The translations under genes and the position numbers were made by a program. 64,000 nucleotides of DNA from Acidobacteriota bacterium (GTDB taxonomy: Bacteria > Acidobacteriota > UBA6911 > RPQK01 > JAJDTT01): the NCBI GenBank assembly GCA_965209055.1, contig OZ242374.1:1536001-1600000 (forward strand), read 5' to 3'. The notes under the pieces were generated by a model. The model worked only from the letters and a program-made list of their open reading frames with translations, did no database searches and was not told where the DNA came from. Shown one piece after another: positions 30,470 through 40,243 of the stretch (position 1 is its first letter; the number at the start of each line of letters is the position of its first letter).

Positions 30470-30754
30470 ATGACGACACTAAAGAAGTTGAAGAAGCGCC
30501 TCATGAAGGACCGTGAATTCCGGGAGGAATATGCGCGGGTCGATAATGATTTCGCTGTGATCGAGGCGCTGATTCGCGCCCGAACGGCAGCAAAGCTGAC
30601 GCAGGAGGAACTGGCGGGCCGTCTGGGCACGACTCAGTCCGCCATCGCAAGGTTGGAAGGCGGTGGCGTTTCCCCATCCTTCGCTACCTTGCGCCTCTAC
30701 GCCGAAGCAACCGGCACGCGGCTGGCGGTCAGGCTGATACCGGTGGACAACTGA
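30470..30754 (+). CDS. XRE/HTH_3 regulator (HigA-like antitoxin), orphan
   Basis: LMKDREFREEY..LIRARTAAKLTQEELAGRLGTTQSAIARLEGG..PSFATL. Confidence 0.85.
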   Translation: MTTLKKLKKRLMKDREFREEYARVDNDFAVIEALIRARTAAKLTQEELAGRLGTTQSAIARLEGGGVSPSFATLRLYAEATGTRLAVRLIPVDN

Positions 30755-30930
30755 ACCGGTACGTCTCCAGGCAGCTCTCGAGTACACCGTCGAGACCGAA
30801 CTTTCTCGACGGTGTTCGTGTGAAAGGTGGTCAAAACGACGGCGTATATGTCCAGGATCGCAACCTCGCTGTCGTCGTGGCGGCGATAGGTGCGGACTGC
30901 TATATTTCGCTGGTCCAGGAGTCCAATCCC

Positions 30931-32934
30931 GTGAACCCCGCCGAGCGCGTCGCCCAGTTGCGCCAAGAGATCGAGGATCACAATTATCGCTACCACGTAC
31001 TGGACAACCCCACCATCTCCGACCGGGAGTTCGACCTCCTGTACCGGGAATTGGTCGAACTGGAGAAGGAGCACCCCGACCTGGTCTCGTCCGATTCCCC
31101 CACCCAAAGAGTGGGCGCCGAGCCGCAGGAGCGATTCCGAAAGGTGGCTCATCGCGAGCCCATGCTGAGTCTGGCCAACGCCTTCGACGAAGACGAACTG
31201 CAAGCCTTCTACGGCCGGGTAACGAAACAATTGGAGATGGATGAGATCGGGCTGGTGACCGAGCTCAAGATCGACGGAGTGGCGGTCTCATTGACCTACC
31301 GGAACGGCCGCCTGCATCACGGAGCCACCCGGGGAAGCGGTCTGGAGGGAGAGGACGTGACGTCGAACCTCCGGACCATCCGATCCCTGCCCCTTCGACT
31401 CCGGGAGGAACCCCACCCCTCCACTGCCGAGATCCGCGGAGAAATCTATTTTCCGCTGTCGGGGTTCGAGCGGGTCAACCGGCAGCGATCGGAGGAAGGA
31501 GAGGCCCCCTTCGCCAACCCTCGAAACGCGGCGGCCGGGGCCCTGCGCCAGCTCGATCCGGCCGTGACCGCGACCCGGCCCCTGGCGTTTTTCGCCTACT
31601 CCCTGGGCCATACGGAAGGACTGGGGTTCGCCTCACAGGGGGAGGTTCTCCAACAGTTGATTGGGTGGGGGTTTCCCGTCAATCCTCATCACCGGTCCCA
31701 TGCCGGCCTTGCGTCGGTCATCGAATACTGCCAGTCGTGGGAAGAGCAGCGCGACAGCATCGACTATGAGGTCGACGGCGTCGTGGTCAAGGTCGACCGC
31801 CTCGACCTTCAGGATCGTCTGGGCGCCGTCAGCCGCGAGCCGAGATGGGCCATCGCCTACAAGTTCGCCTCCCAGGTCGCGGCCACGCGCCTCGTCGAGA
31901 TCAGGCTCAACGTGGGCCGGACCGGGGCTCTCAATCCCTACGCGATTCTGGAGCCGGTGGAATTGGGCGGAGTCACCATCCGGACCGCCACGCTGCACAA
32001 CCAGGAGGACATCCGGAAGAAGGACATCCGCCCCGGCGACCGGGTTCTGATCAAGCGGGCGGGAGATGTCATTCCCCAGGTGGTGGGGCCGGTGGACAAG
32101 GATGAGGAGGGACGGGGGGAGCCCTATGCCTATCCCGGCGAATGTCCGGAATGCGGCTCTCCCATCGTCCAGGATCCGGACGAGGCCCTGGCCTACTGCC
32201 GTAACGGAAACTGCCCCGCCCAGCGGTTCGAGTCGCTCAAGCACTTCGTCAGCCGGGCGGCGCTGGATATCCGGGGCCTGGGTCCGAAGACCCTCCGCAA
32301 GCTGCTGGAACTGGAACTGGTGGCCGGTCCGGCCGATCTCTATTCTCTGACAGCCGAACAACTGAGCGGGCTTGAGGGGTTCAAGGAAAAGTCCATCGAA
32401 AACCTGTTGGCCGGAATCGAGGGCAGCCGCCGGCAGCCTTTCCCCCGGGTGCTCTTCGGATTGGGGATTCGTCACGTCGGAGAAACCGCCGCCGCACTCC
32501 TGGCCGGGGAGCTTCGGGATGTGGAGCGCTTGATGCAGGCGTCCCCGGAGCGGATCATGGAGATTCCCGGCATCGGACCCGAGATCGCTCGCAGTGTGGC
32601 GGACTACTTCCAGGTCGATGAGAATCGCGATCAGGTGGAGAGGCTGGGGGCGGCCCGCCTGCAGTTGAAGATGGCCGGCGGCGACAGGGCCGCGCCGACG
32701 GCCTTGGAGGGGAAGACGCTGGTGGTGACCGGGACCTTGCCGTCCCACAGCCGGAGAGAGATCTCCGAATTGATCAGGGCCAACGGTGGTAAAGTCACCA
32801 GTTCGGTTTCCAAGAGGACCGGCTACCTGGTGGCCGGATCCAATGCGGGGTCAAAGCTCCGGCGCGCCCGTGAATTGGAGGTGCCGGTCTTGACCGAAGA
32901 GGAATTCCTGAAGCTCCTGCAGGGTGAACCATGA
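30931..32934 (+). CDS. ligA: NAD-dependent DNA ligase
   Basis: ELKIDG adenylation motif, NPRNAAAG, PRWAIAYKF, Zn finger, HhH, BRCT. Confidence 0.97.
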   Translation: MNPAERVAQLRQEIEDHNYRYHVLDNPTISDREFDLLYRELVELEKEHPDLVSSDSPTQRVGAEPQERFRKVAHREPMLSLANAFDEDELQAFYGRVTKQLEMDEIGLVTELKIDGVAVSLTYRNGRLHHGATRGSGLEGEDVTSNLRTIRSLPLRLREEPHPSTAEIRGEIYFPLSGFERVNRQRSEEGEAPFANPRNAAAGALRQLDPAVTATRPLAFFAYSLGHTEGLGFASQGEVLQQLIGWGFPVNPHHRSHAGLASVIEYCQSWEEQRDSIDYEVDGVVVKVDRLDLQDRLGAVSREPRWAIAYKFASQVAATRLVEIRLNVGRTGALNPYAILEPVELGGVTIRTATLHNQEDIRKKDIRPGDRVLIKRAGDVIPQVVGPVDKDEEGRGEPYAYPGECPECGSPIVQDPDEALAYCRNGNCPAQRFESLKHFVSRAALDIRGLGPKTLRKLLELELVAGPADLYSLTAEQLSGLEGFKEKSIENLLAGIEGSRRQPFPRVLFGLGIRHVGETAAALLAGELRDVERLMQASPERIMEIPGIGPEIARSVADYFQVDENRDQVERLGAARLQLKMAGGDRAAPTALEGKTLVVTGTLPSHSRREISELIRANGGKVTSSVSKRTGYLVAGSNAGSKLRRARELEVPVLTEEEFLKLLQGEP

Positions 32935-33028
32935 CAGTTCGCGGTGAAAGTCCCGCGTGCACCGGTACAACCCCCGGACGGCTGCCGGCGGGAACGTGGG
33001 CCCGGGTTTGCATCGGAAGGGATTTGTC

Positions 33029-33256
33029 GTGACATCTGACCGCAAGTCCGAACGCCATTCCCTGGACGTCTGTCCGAGTTGCCGCTACACGCTCAGCCGG
33101 CGCAGCACGTGGTGTCCCTACTGCGGGGTTCAACTCACCCACCCACCCTGGAAGAAGGTGGGCGCCTGGATTCTGCTGGTGTTGATCGTCTATGGGCTGG
33201 TCCAATGCCATCTTCGGTTGCTGGACGGCCCCAACGGTTTGAATTCGCTGCCGTGA
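33029..33256 (+). CDS. Small Zn-ribbon membrane protein
   Basis: CPSC..CPYC followed by a TM helix. Confidence 0.5.
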   Translation: MTSDRKSERHSLDVCPSCRYTLSRRSTWCPYCGVQLTHPPWKKVGAWILLVLIVYGLVQCHLRLLDGPNGLNSLP

Positions 33257-33267
33257 AAGCTCCCGAG

Positions 33268-33996
33268 ATGAAGACTCCCGGCTACCGGCACCATTCGGCG
33301 ACCCACGTGGGCTGGGTGCGTCCCGTGAACGAAGACACGCTGATCGAGTCGCCGGAAAATCATCTGTTCGCAGTGTGCGACGGGATGGGTGGGCATGCCG
33401 CCGGAGAAGTGGCCAGCGCACTGGCGGCTACGGTTTTCCGGCGCGTACTGGCGGAAGGTGTCGGGTCACCGGCATCGGCCTTGCGCGAGGCCATCCGCCA
33501 GGCGGACGAGGCGGTTTACCGGGATCAGGTGGCCCATCCGGAGCGCCAGGGAATGGGCACGACTCTCAGCGCGCTCCTGCTATCCGGACCGGCGCCGGTA
33601 GAGGCCTGGATCGGACACGTGGGCGATAGTCGTGTCTATCGGTTCCGGAATCAGAAATTGGACCAATTGACGATCGATCACTCACCGGTTTTCCGGCTCT
33701 ATCAGAAGGGTCTTCTCTCCAAGGAGCAGGCTCGCCGGCACCCGCACAAGCACATCGTGGAACAGGCGCTGGGGCTGAGCCCTCCGGTCGAGACGGATGT
33801 TCTTGCCGTGGACGTCCGAGGCGGAGACCTCTTTCTGCTCTGCACCGATGGTCTGAGCGATCAGGTCGCAGACGATGAGATCGAAGACGTCTGCCGATCC
33901 GGATCCGTCCGCGCCATGGCCCGTCATCTGGTGCAAGCCGCCAACTTCAAGGGTGGATTGGACAACGTCTCCGTGGTGCTGGTTCAGATCGGCTGA
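33268..33996 (+). CDS. PP2C-family Ser/Thr phosphatase (Stp1/PrpC type)
   Basis: R.VNED, CDGMGGHAAGEVAS, GMGTT, HVGDSR, LCTDGL, DNVSVV. Confidence 0.93.
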   Translation: MKTPGYRHHSATHVGWVRPVNEDTLIESPENHLFAVCDGMGGHAAGEVASALAATVFRRVLAEGVGSPASALREAIRQADEAVYRDQVAHPERQGMGTTLSALLLSGPAPVEAWIGHVGDSRVYRFRNQKLDQLTIDHSPVFRLYQKGLLSKEQARRHPHKHIVEQALGLSPPVETDVLAVDVRGGDLFLLCTDGLSDQVADDEIEDVCRSGSVRAMARHLVQAANFKGGLDNVSVVLVQIG

Positions 33997-33999
33997 TGG

Positions 34000-34920
34000 A
34001 TGAGACGGGGGAGAATCATGAAGCCGAATGACGCGCATTGCCATTTCTTCTCCCGGAACTTCGTCCGGACGCTGGCTGGAGAGAGAGGGATCCGGGGGGA
34101 CGACCCCGTGGCCGATGCCTGCCGAATCCTGGCGTGGGACCCGCCCGGTTCCAACCGGGAGTTGGCTGACCGTTGGGTTGCGGAGCTGGATCGCCACCAG
34201 GTCGGCCGGGCGGCGATCATCGCCAGTGTCCCGGAAGATGAAGAGTCGGTGGCGGAAGCCTTGGATCGGCATCCCGGGCGCTTTGTCGGCTTCTTCATGG
34301 TGGATCCGACGCGGCCCGCGGCCGCGGACCGGACGGCTCGAGCGGTCACGGAGCTGGGGCTCCGCTGCGCCTGCCTGTTTCCCGGAATGCACGGATACGA
34401 ACTCTCGGACCCGCGGGTGATCGGCCTGGTCGAGCGGCTGGCCTCCGTGCCCGGCACCGCGTTGTTCATTCATTGCGGCGTGCTGACGGTCGGGGCCAGG
34501 AAGAAGCTGGGATTGCCGGCCCGGTTCGACCTCCGGTATTCGAATCCCTTGAACGTTCATCCGTTGGCTCTGGCCTATCCAGGTCTGCCGTTCATCCTCC
34601 CTCATTTCGGGGCCGGCATGTTCCGCGAGGCCCTCATGCTGGGAGACCTCTGTCCCAATGTCCACCTGGACACGTCCAGCTCCAATTCCTGGATTCGATA
34701 CTCGGGATTGACGCTGGAGCAGGTCTTCGCCCGCGCCCTCGAGATCCTGGGGCCGGACCGGATTCTGTTTGGAACCGACTCTTCGTTCTTTCCGCGGGGC
34801 TGGCAACGTCCGGTCTGGGAGCAGCAGTCGCGGATCTTGGAGCTTCTCGGCCTGGACCGGGACGATCGGCGCAAGATCCGGTCCGTCAATTTCGATCGGA
34901 TCTTTCCTCCAGGAGCCTGA
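34000..34920 (+). CDS. Amidohydrolase_2 family protein
   Basis: DAHCH metal motif, PHFGAG, ILFGTDS. Confidence 0.85.
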   Translation: MRRGRIMKPNDAHCHFFSRNFVRTLAGERGIRGDDPVADACRILAWDPPGSNRELADRWVAELDRHQVGRAAIIASVPEDEESVAEALDRHPGRFVGFFMVDPTRPAAADRTARAVTELGLRCACLFPGMHGYELSDPRVIGLVERLASVPGTALFIHCGVLTVGARKKLGLPARFDLRYSNPLNVHPLALAYPGLPFILPHFGAGMFREALMLGDLCPNVHLDTSSSNSWIRYSGLTLEQVFARALEILGPDRILFGTDSSFFPRGWQRPVWEQQSRILELLGLDRDDRRKIRSVNFDRIFPPGA

Positions 34921-35362
34921 CCAGGAACGCCTTGGCCCGGTCGTAGACGCCAGGGCTGGAGCTCTCCCTGGGACCCGCCACGTTCAGAATCCGGATCCGG
35001 TGCCGCCGGATCCAGCTCATGACCGGTTCGGTTCGGGGGTCCTGGTCCAGGTCCACCCGCCGGCAGGGCCGCCCCCGGCTTCGGGCCCGCTCCCAGGTGA
35101 GCCCCGTTCCACCGTCAACCTGAGTTCGGAAAAGGATGAGCGTCCCGTTGGAATCCCGAACATTCCAATCGGTTCTCTGGCCGTATCGCCGGAGGGGTGT
35201 CTCCCGGAGCGGATAGCGGTTATCGAGAGGACCGTCCTCGGCTCGGCGCCCCTTCGGGCACCATCCGCCGCAACCGAGCGATAGCTCCAGGGCCACGTCC
35301 AGCGCCGCCCGGTCGACTCCCGTCTGTCCTCCCGAGACGATTCGATTCGGCCGTCCTTCCAC
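34886..35362 (-). CDS. YpsA/SLOG-family 'putative molybdenum carrier' protein
   Basis: IVSGGQTGVDRAALD, GGWCPKGRRAEDG, LNVAGPRES; start uncertain (ORF extends to 35467). Confidence 0.85.
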   Translation of the reverse strand: MEGRPNRIVSGGQTGVDRAALDVALELSLGCGGWCPKGRRAEDGPLDNRYPLRETPLRRYGQRTDWNVRDSNGTLILFRTQVDGGTGLTWERARSRGRPCRRVDLDQDPRTEPVMSWIRRHRIRILNVAGPRESSSPGVYDRAKAFLVRLLEERSDRN

Positions 35363-35480
35363 GGTGCGCCTCTGCTCCGGGACACGGGGCCACGTACCGT
35401 ACGAACGGATTGACGATGCCTGCCCCCGCCCGGCGATTTCGAATTCGCAATCTTTCGTGGACTCCATTTCGGGTGTCCGG

Positions 35481-35760
35481 AGGTGGAATTGTCAATTTTT
35501 GTCAGGGGTCCACGAAGAAAAAGTCGGGTTTTAAAACAGCCAAAACGGTATAAACTGATTTTATAAAGACGCTGCCGAAAAAACTTCGAGGGGGCTCTTT
35601 TTCGGGCGATTTCAAGAGTATGTGGACAAGGTGTGGATAAATTGTGGCTGTGGGACCATAAGTGAAGTTGCAATTGCGGATAGGATTTTGCTGCCGAAAT
35701 CCACAAGAAAATGCCCCAATTTCTTGGTGAATTTTCTTGTTGCGCAGACCTGAGAAAGGC
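35481..35760. promoter_or_regulatory. Candidate replication origin: DnaA-box cluster with adjacent AT-rich tract
   Basis: TGTGGATAA (35632-35640, perfect), TGTGGACAA (35621), degenerate boxes at 35643, 35675 and 35697; AT-rich 35481-35585. Confidence 0.55.
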
Positions 35761-36368
35761 GTAGAATTTCCCTTGTCCCAAGGGGTAGACGCAAGTTGGC
35801 CCCGAGGCGGCGCCGGTCGCGGGTAGCCGATCCGGCTCCGGGATTTCGGTCCTGGAAAAGGGGAGGCGGCCAGTGGCGGGCGGGCGAGTTCCTCGCCGGT
35901 TTCGGCCGGTTGAGGGACGAGCGCCGAAGAGGTCCGCCGGGTCTGCCGGAGCCTTCGGGCGAGGGCAGCGAAGGCGGGTGTTCCGAGGCTGCTATCGGGG
36001 GTGCGGCTCCAGGGCGGCAGGTCGCTTCGATATTGAGGTCAGCCGGTGTTACCGGGGGATCCTCAAAGAAGGACGGCCCCCTTGGAGAGGAGTGGAGGTC
36101 GCCAGGGGCAAGGGCAGGTTCCTTCGGGGGCTTGGTCGAACGCGGCGGCGGATGCTCCACTTGGGGGCGCGGAAACTGGCCCCACTCGGGTTGGAGTAGC
36201 GCGCCTTTCGAGGCGGTGCAGCTTGCGAATATCACTTGGGACACTTTTTTTTGCCTTCCGAGTGCTCGTTCCCTTCTTTCCCTGACGATTCCCACGCAGT
36301 CTTCGTTGGTTCTCCCGTGAGGGATTCGGGGTATATTACGGATTCTTGAAATTGCGTGAGATGAAGGT

Positions 36369-37751
36369 GTGATCGTACTCAAATTCGGTGGGACCTCAGT
36401 TCAGGACACGGACGCGGTGACGCGAGCCGTCCAGGTGATTCGGCGCCAACTGTCCCGGGGCGAGGTCGTGGTCTTGTCCGCCATGGGAAAGACCACCAAC
36501 GGACTGCTGGAGATGGCTCGAAGCGCCTCGTCCGGGGATATCGACAGGGCCTGGTCAATACGGGACGGCCTGAGGGACTTGCACCTGGGGGTGGCTCGCG
36601 AGCTCCTCTCGGGCCGCCGCTGGAAGAGTGTGGAAGGGTCGCTGTCCGGCCTTTTCCAGGAGATGACCGACATCGTCCAGGGACTCTATCTGCTGGGCGA
36701 GACCAGTCCCCGGAGCATGGACCGTGTCGCCTCTTTCGGCGAACGTTTGAGCACGCTGATTTTCTCCGAAGTGCTGCGGGAGAATGGAATTTCCGCCGAG
36801 CTGGTGGACTCGCGGGATCTGATCCGGACCGACGGCCAATTCACCAGGGCTTCCGTTTTGCAGGAGCTCACCCGGAGTTGCGTCCGGCAACAGCTTTTGC
36901 CCCGGTTGCGGGAGGGCAAGGTGATCGTCGCGCCGGGATTCATCGGCTCCACGGTCGACGGGGTCACGACCACCATCGGGCGGGGAGGGTCCGATTACAC
37001 CGCCTCCCTGATCGGCGCCGCGCTGGATGCGGAAGATATCCAGATCTGGACCGACGTTCCGGGCGTCCTCACCGCCGACCCCCGAATCGTTCCGGATGTC
37101 TACAAGATTCGGGCCATCTCCTTCGCGGAAGCAGCCGAGCTGGCCTATTTCGGGGCCAAGGTGCTCCATCCCAGCACCCTGGTGCCGGCCATCGACCGGG
37201 ACATCCCCGTGCATGTCTGCAACTCCAGGCAGATCGACCAGTCGGGAACCTTCATATCCGCGGCCCCCGTCTCCTCTTCCAGTCCCATCAAGTCCATCGC
37301 CTGCAAACGGGGCATCACCATCGTCAATATCCTGTCCACCCAGATGCTGCTCTCCTATGGCTTCCTGCGCCGGATCTTCGAGGTGTTCGAGGCCCACGAA
37401 ACGGTGGTGGACGTGGTGGCCACATCCGAGGTCAACGTCTCCCTGACCGTCGATTCCTCTCAGGAACTGGAGGCGATCTGCAGCGACCTGGCGGAGTTCG
37501 GCGAGGTCCGGGTCGCGCCCGACACGGCCATCATCTGCACCGTGGGAGAAGAGGTGAAGGAGACCCCCGGGATTGCGGCCCGGATCTTCGGGGCTCTGGA
37601 AGGGATCAACGTGCAGATGATCTCCCAGGGAGCGTCCCGCATCAACATGACATTTCTGGTTGCGGAGGAGACAATGGAGGAGGCCGTCCGGCTGCTCCAC
37701 GACGAGTTCTTCCGGCAGCCGGACCCGGAGTTGTTCGAGCCCGTACGGTAA
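36369..37751 (+). CDS. lysC: Aspartate kinase
   Basis: VLKFGGTSV, GRGGSDYTA, WTDVPGVLTADPR, two ACT domains. Confidence 0.96.
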   Translation: MIVLKFGGTSVQDTDAVTRAVQVIRRQLSRGEVVVLSAMGKTTNGLLEMARSASSGDIDRAWSIRDGLRDLHLGVARELLSGRRWKSVEGSLSGLFQEMTDIVQGLYLLGETSPRSMDRVASFGERLSTLIFSEVLRENGISAELVDSRDLIRTDGQFTRASVLQELTRSCVRQQLLPRLREGKVIVAPGFIGSTVDGVTTTIGRGGSDYTASLIGAALDAEDIQIWTDVPGVLTADPRIVPDVYKIRAISFAEAAELAYFGAKVLHPSTLVPAIDRDIPVHVCNSRQIDQSGTFISAAPVSSSSPIKSIACKRGITIVNILSTQMLLSYGFLRRIFEVFEAHETVVDVVATSEVNVSLTVDSSQELEAICSDLAEFGEVRVAPDTAIICTVGEEVKETPGIAARIFGALEGINVQMISQGASRINMTFLVAEETMEEAVRLLHDEFFRQPDPELFEPVR

Positions 37752-37806
37752 AAGCGGTTCGCGGTTTCGGGGCCCTTTGCCGTTAGAGAAGATGTCCGGG
37801 GTGGAC

Positions 37807-38505
37807 ATGAACATCACGTTGATCGGCTACGGAAAGATGGGAAGGGCGGTGGAGGCGGCCGCCCGGGAGGCGGGCGACGAGATCGTCTACTGGATGGACA
37901 TCGACGAGAATCCGTTGGAGGCGGGTTTCTCAGGCGATTGGATCGCCCGAACCGATGTCCTCATGGACTTCTCGACTCCGCACATCGTTCCCATGAACGT
38001 GGCGAATGCGGTCCGTAGCGGAATTCCCATCGTCGTGGGCACGACCGGCTGGTATGACCAGATCGATAAAGTCCGGGACACGGTGGTCCAGGGCGGCGGC
38101 GCCTGTGTCTGGGCGGGCAACTTCAGCCTCGGGGTGCAGATCTTCTTTCAACTGACCCGCCGCGCCGGCGAGATGTTCTCCAGGTTCGAGGAATACGATC
38201 CCTACCTGGTGGAGACCCATCACGTCCAGAAGCTGGACGCGCCGTCCGGCACCGCCATCACCATGGAAAAGATCCTGGGCGAGTGTTACGGCCGTCCGGT
38301 GAACGCCGTCAGCGTCCGGGCGGGATTTTTCCCCGGGATCCACGTCGCCGGGTTCGACTCGGCGGTGGATACCATCAAGCTGGAGCACCAGGCGCGCAGC
38401 CGCGACGGTTTCGCCCGGGGCGCTCTGTTCGCCGGCCGGTGGATCCAGGGCAAGCAGGGCTTCCATGCTTTCGAGGATGCCGTTTTCGGAGAGCAAAATG
38501 ATTGA
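37807..38505 (+). CDS. dapB: 4-hydroxy-tetrahydrodipicolinate reductase
   Basis: GYGKMG, GTTGW, ETHH..KLDAPSGTA, H.ARSRDGFARGA. Confidence 0.95.
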   Translation: MNITLIGYGKMGRAVEAAAREAGDEIVYWMDIDENPLEAGFSGDWIARTDVLMDFSTPHIVPMNVANAVRSGIPIVVGTTGWYDQIDKVRDTVVQGGGACVWAGNFSLGVQIFFQLTRRAGEMFSRFEEYDPYLVETHHVQKLDAPSGTAITMEKILGECYGRPVNAVSVRAGFFPGIHVAGFDSAVDTIKLEHQARSRDGFARGALFAGRWIQGKQGFHAFEDAVFGEQND

Positions 38506-39394
38506 ACTGAAAGGCTGTGGAACCGCCCTGGTCACCCCCTTCACATCTCATCGTGATGTGGATGTGGACGCGTACCGCAAGTTGGTGGAGTGGCAGATCG
38601 AGTCGGGAATCGACTTTCTGGTGCCCTGCGGGACCACCGGCGAGAGCGTCACCCTGACTGAGGAGGAGTATGCATATGTCATTCAGGTCTGCGTGGAGAC
38701 GGCGTCGGGAGCGGTTCCGGTGGTGGCCGGAGCGGGGACCAACGATACCCGTTATGCTCGCCAACTGGCGTATGGCGCTCAGGAAGACGGCGCGGACGCC
38801 ATCCTCTCGGTGACTCCCTATTACAACAAGCCGACCCCCGAGGGAATTTTCCGCCATTTTTCCGAAATCGTCCGTGACTTGGACGTCCCCTTGGTGTTCT
38901 ACAACGTCCCGGGGCGGACCGGCACCAACATTCCGGTGGATACCCAGCTCCGCCTGGCCGGAGTGGACAACATCGTCGGAGTCAAGGAGGCCAGCGGGAA
39001 CCTGGACCAGATCATGGATCTGCTGAGGCGAAGGCCCGACGGATTCCTGGTCCTCTCGGGTGATGACAGCCTGGCCTTTCCCATGGCCTGCCTGGGCGCG
39101 GAAGGAGTCATCTCCGTGGCCAGCAACGTGATCCCGGCGGAGATGTCCCGAATGATGGCCCTGGTCCGGGAGGGGGAACTGGCCGAGGCGCGCGCCCTGC
39201 ACCACCGCTACCTCAATCTCATGAACCTCAATTTTGTGGAGTCCAATCCGATTCCGGTCAAGTACGCCCTCTCCCGGATGGGCCGCCTGACCGAGTCGTA
39301 TCGATTGCCCCTCTGCCCCATGGCCGCGGGGAACAAGGAGAAGATGGACCGGGAGCTGGACCGTCTCGAGTTGTGCCATGTCGCAAGCCATTGA
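38498..39394 (+). CDS. dapA: 4-hydroxy-tetrahydrodipicolinate synthase
   Basis: ALVTPF, GTTGES, PYYNKP, YNVPGRTG, GVKEASG. Confidence 0.97.
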   Translation: MIELKGCGTALVTPFTSHRDVDVDAYRKLVEWQIESGIDFLVPCGTTGESVTLTEEEYAYVIQVCVETASGAVPVVAGAGTNDTRYARQLAYGAQEDGADAILSVTPYYNKPTPEGIFRHFSEIVRDLDVPLVFYNVPGRTGTNIPVDTQLRLAGVDNIVGVKEASGNLDQIMDLLRRRPDGFLVLSGDDSLAFPMACLGAEGVISVASNVIPAEMSRMMALVREGELAEARALHHRYLNLMNLNFVESNPIPVKYALSRMGRLTESYRLPLCPMAAGNKEKMDRELDRLELCHVASH

Positions 39395-40196
39395 GCGCCT
39401 TTTCGAAGCTGAAGAATTCACTCCCCGGGATCGAGTCACCCTGGACGCCTTTCTGGACGACCTGGATGCGGGACGGGTCCGGGCGGCCGAGAAGGTGGAC
39501 GGAGAATGGAGAGTCAACGGCTGGGTCAAGAAGGGAATACTCGCCGGGTTCCGGATGGGGGTTCTCAGCGACGTCTCCATCAACGAGTCTTTTCGTTATT
39601 TCGACAAAGACACGTTTCCCCTGAAGCAGTTCTCGCTTGACTCGGGTGTGCGCATCGTGCCGGGAGGGTCGTCGATCCGCCGCGGTTGCCATGTAGCGGC
39701 GGGGGTGACCTGCATGCCTCCCATGTACATCAACGCCGGCGCCTACGTGGACGAGGGGACCATGGTCGATTCCCATGCGCTGGTCGGATCTTGCGCCCAG
39801 ATCGGGAAGCGGGTCCATCTGAGCGCCGGATGCCAGATCGGCGGCGTGCTGGAGCCGGTGGGCGCGCTGCCGGTGATCGTGGAGGACGACGCCCTGGTGG
39901 GTGGCAACACCGGCGTCTACGAGGGGACCATCGTCGGGCGGGAGTCGGTCCTGGCCGCGGGAGTCATACTGACGGGCTCGACGCCGGTCTACGATCTGGT
40001 GCATGAGACCGTCTACCGGTCCGCGCCGGGTGCTCCTCTCAAGATTCCATCCGGAGCCGTGGTGGTGCCTGGATCGCGACCCGTCCGCGAAGGCTTCGGG
40101 AGGCAACACGGCCTGTCCCTGTATGCTCCGGTGATCGTCAAGTACCGGGATTTGAAAACCGAGGGGTCGGTCCAACTCGAAGACCTGCTTCGTTAG
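39378..40196 (+). CDS. dapD: Tetrahydrodipicolinate N-succinyltransferase
   Basis: G.VRAAEK..W.VN.WVKKGIL, YINAGAYVDEGTMVD, GSCAQIGK.VHLS. Confidence 0.95.
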   Translation: MSQAIERLFEAEEFTPRDRVTLDAFLDDLDAGRVRAAEKVDGEWRVNGWVKKGILAGFRMGVLSDVSINESFRYFDKDTFPLKQFSLDSGVRIVPGGSSIRRGCHVAAGVTCMPPMYINAGAYVDEGTMVDSHALVGSCAQIGKRVHLSAGCQIGGVLEPVGALPVIVEDDALVGGNTGVYEGTIVGRESVLAAGVILTGSTPVYDLVHETVYRSAPGAPLKIPSGAVVVPGSRPVREGFGRQHGLSLYAPVIVKYRDLKTEGSVQLEDLLR

Positions 40197-40243
40197 CCCG
40201 TGGCGAGAGTCGACGTGGTCCGCCGCCTTCGCGCCGCTTCCTT

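Noticed and set aside
35760-36368. Lysine riboswitch or other RNA gene (rnpB, tmRNA) upstream of lysC
   Set aside because: No recognisable L-box, RNase P or tmRNA signature by eye, and the ORFs here are low-complexity. A cmscan would be decisive.
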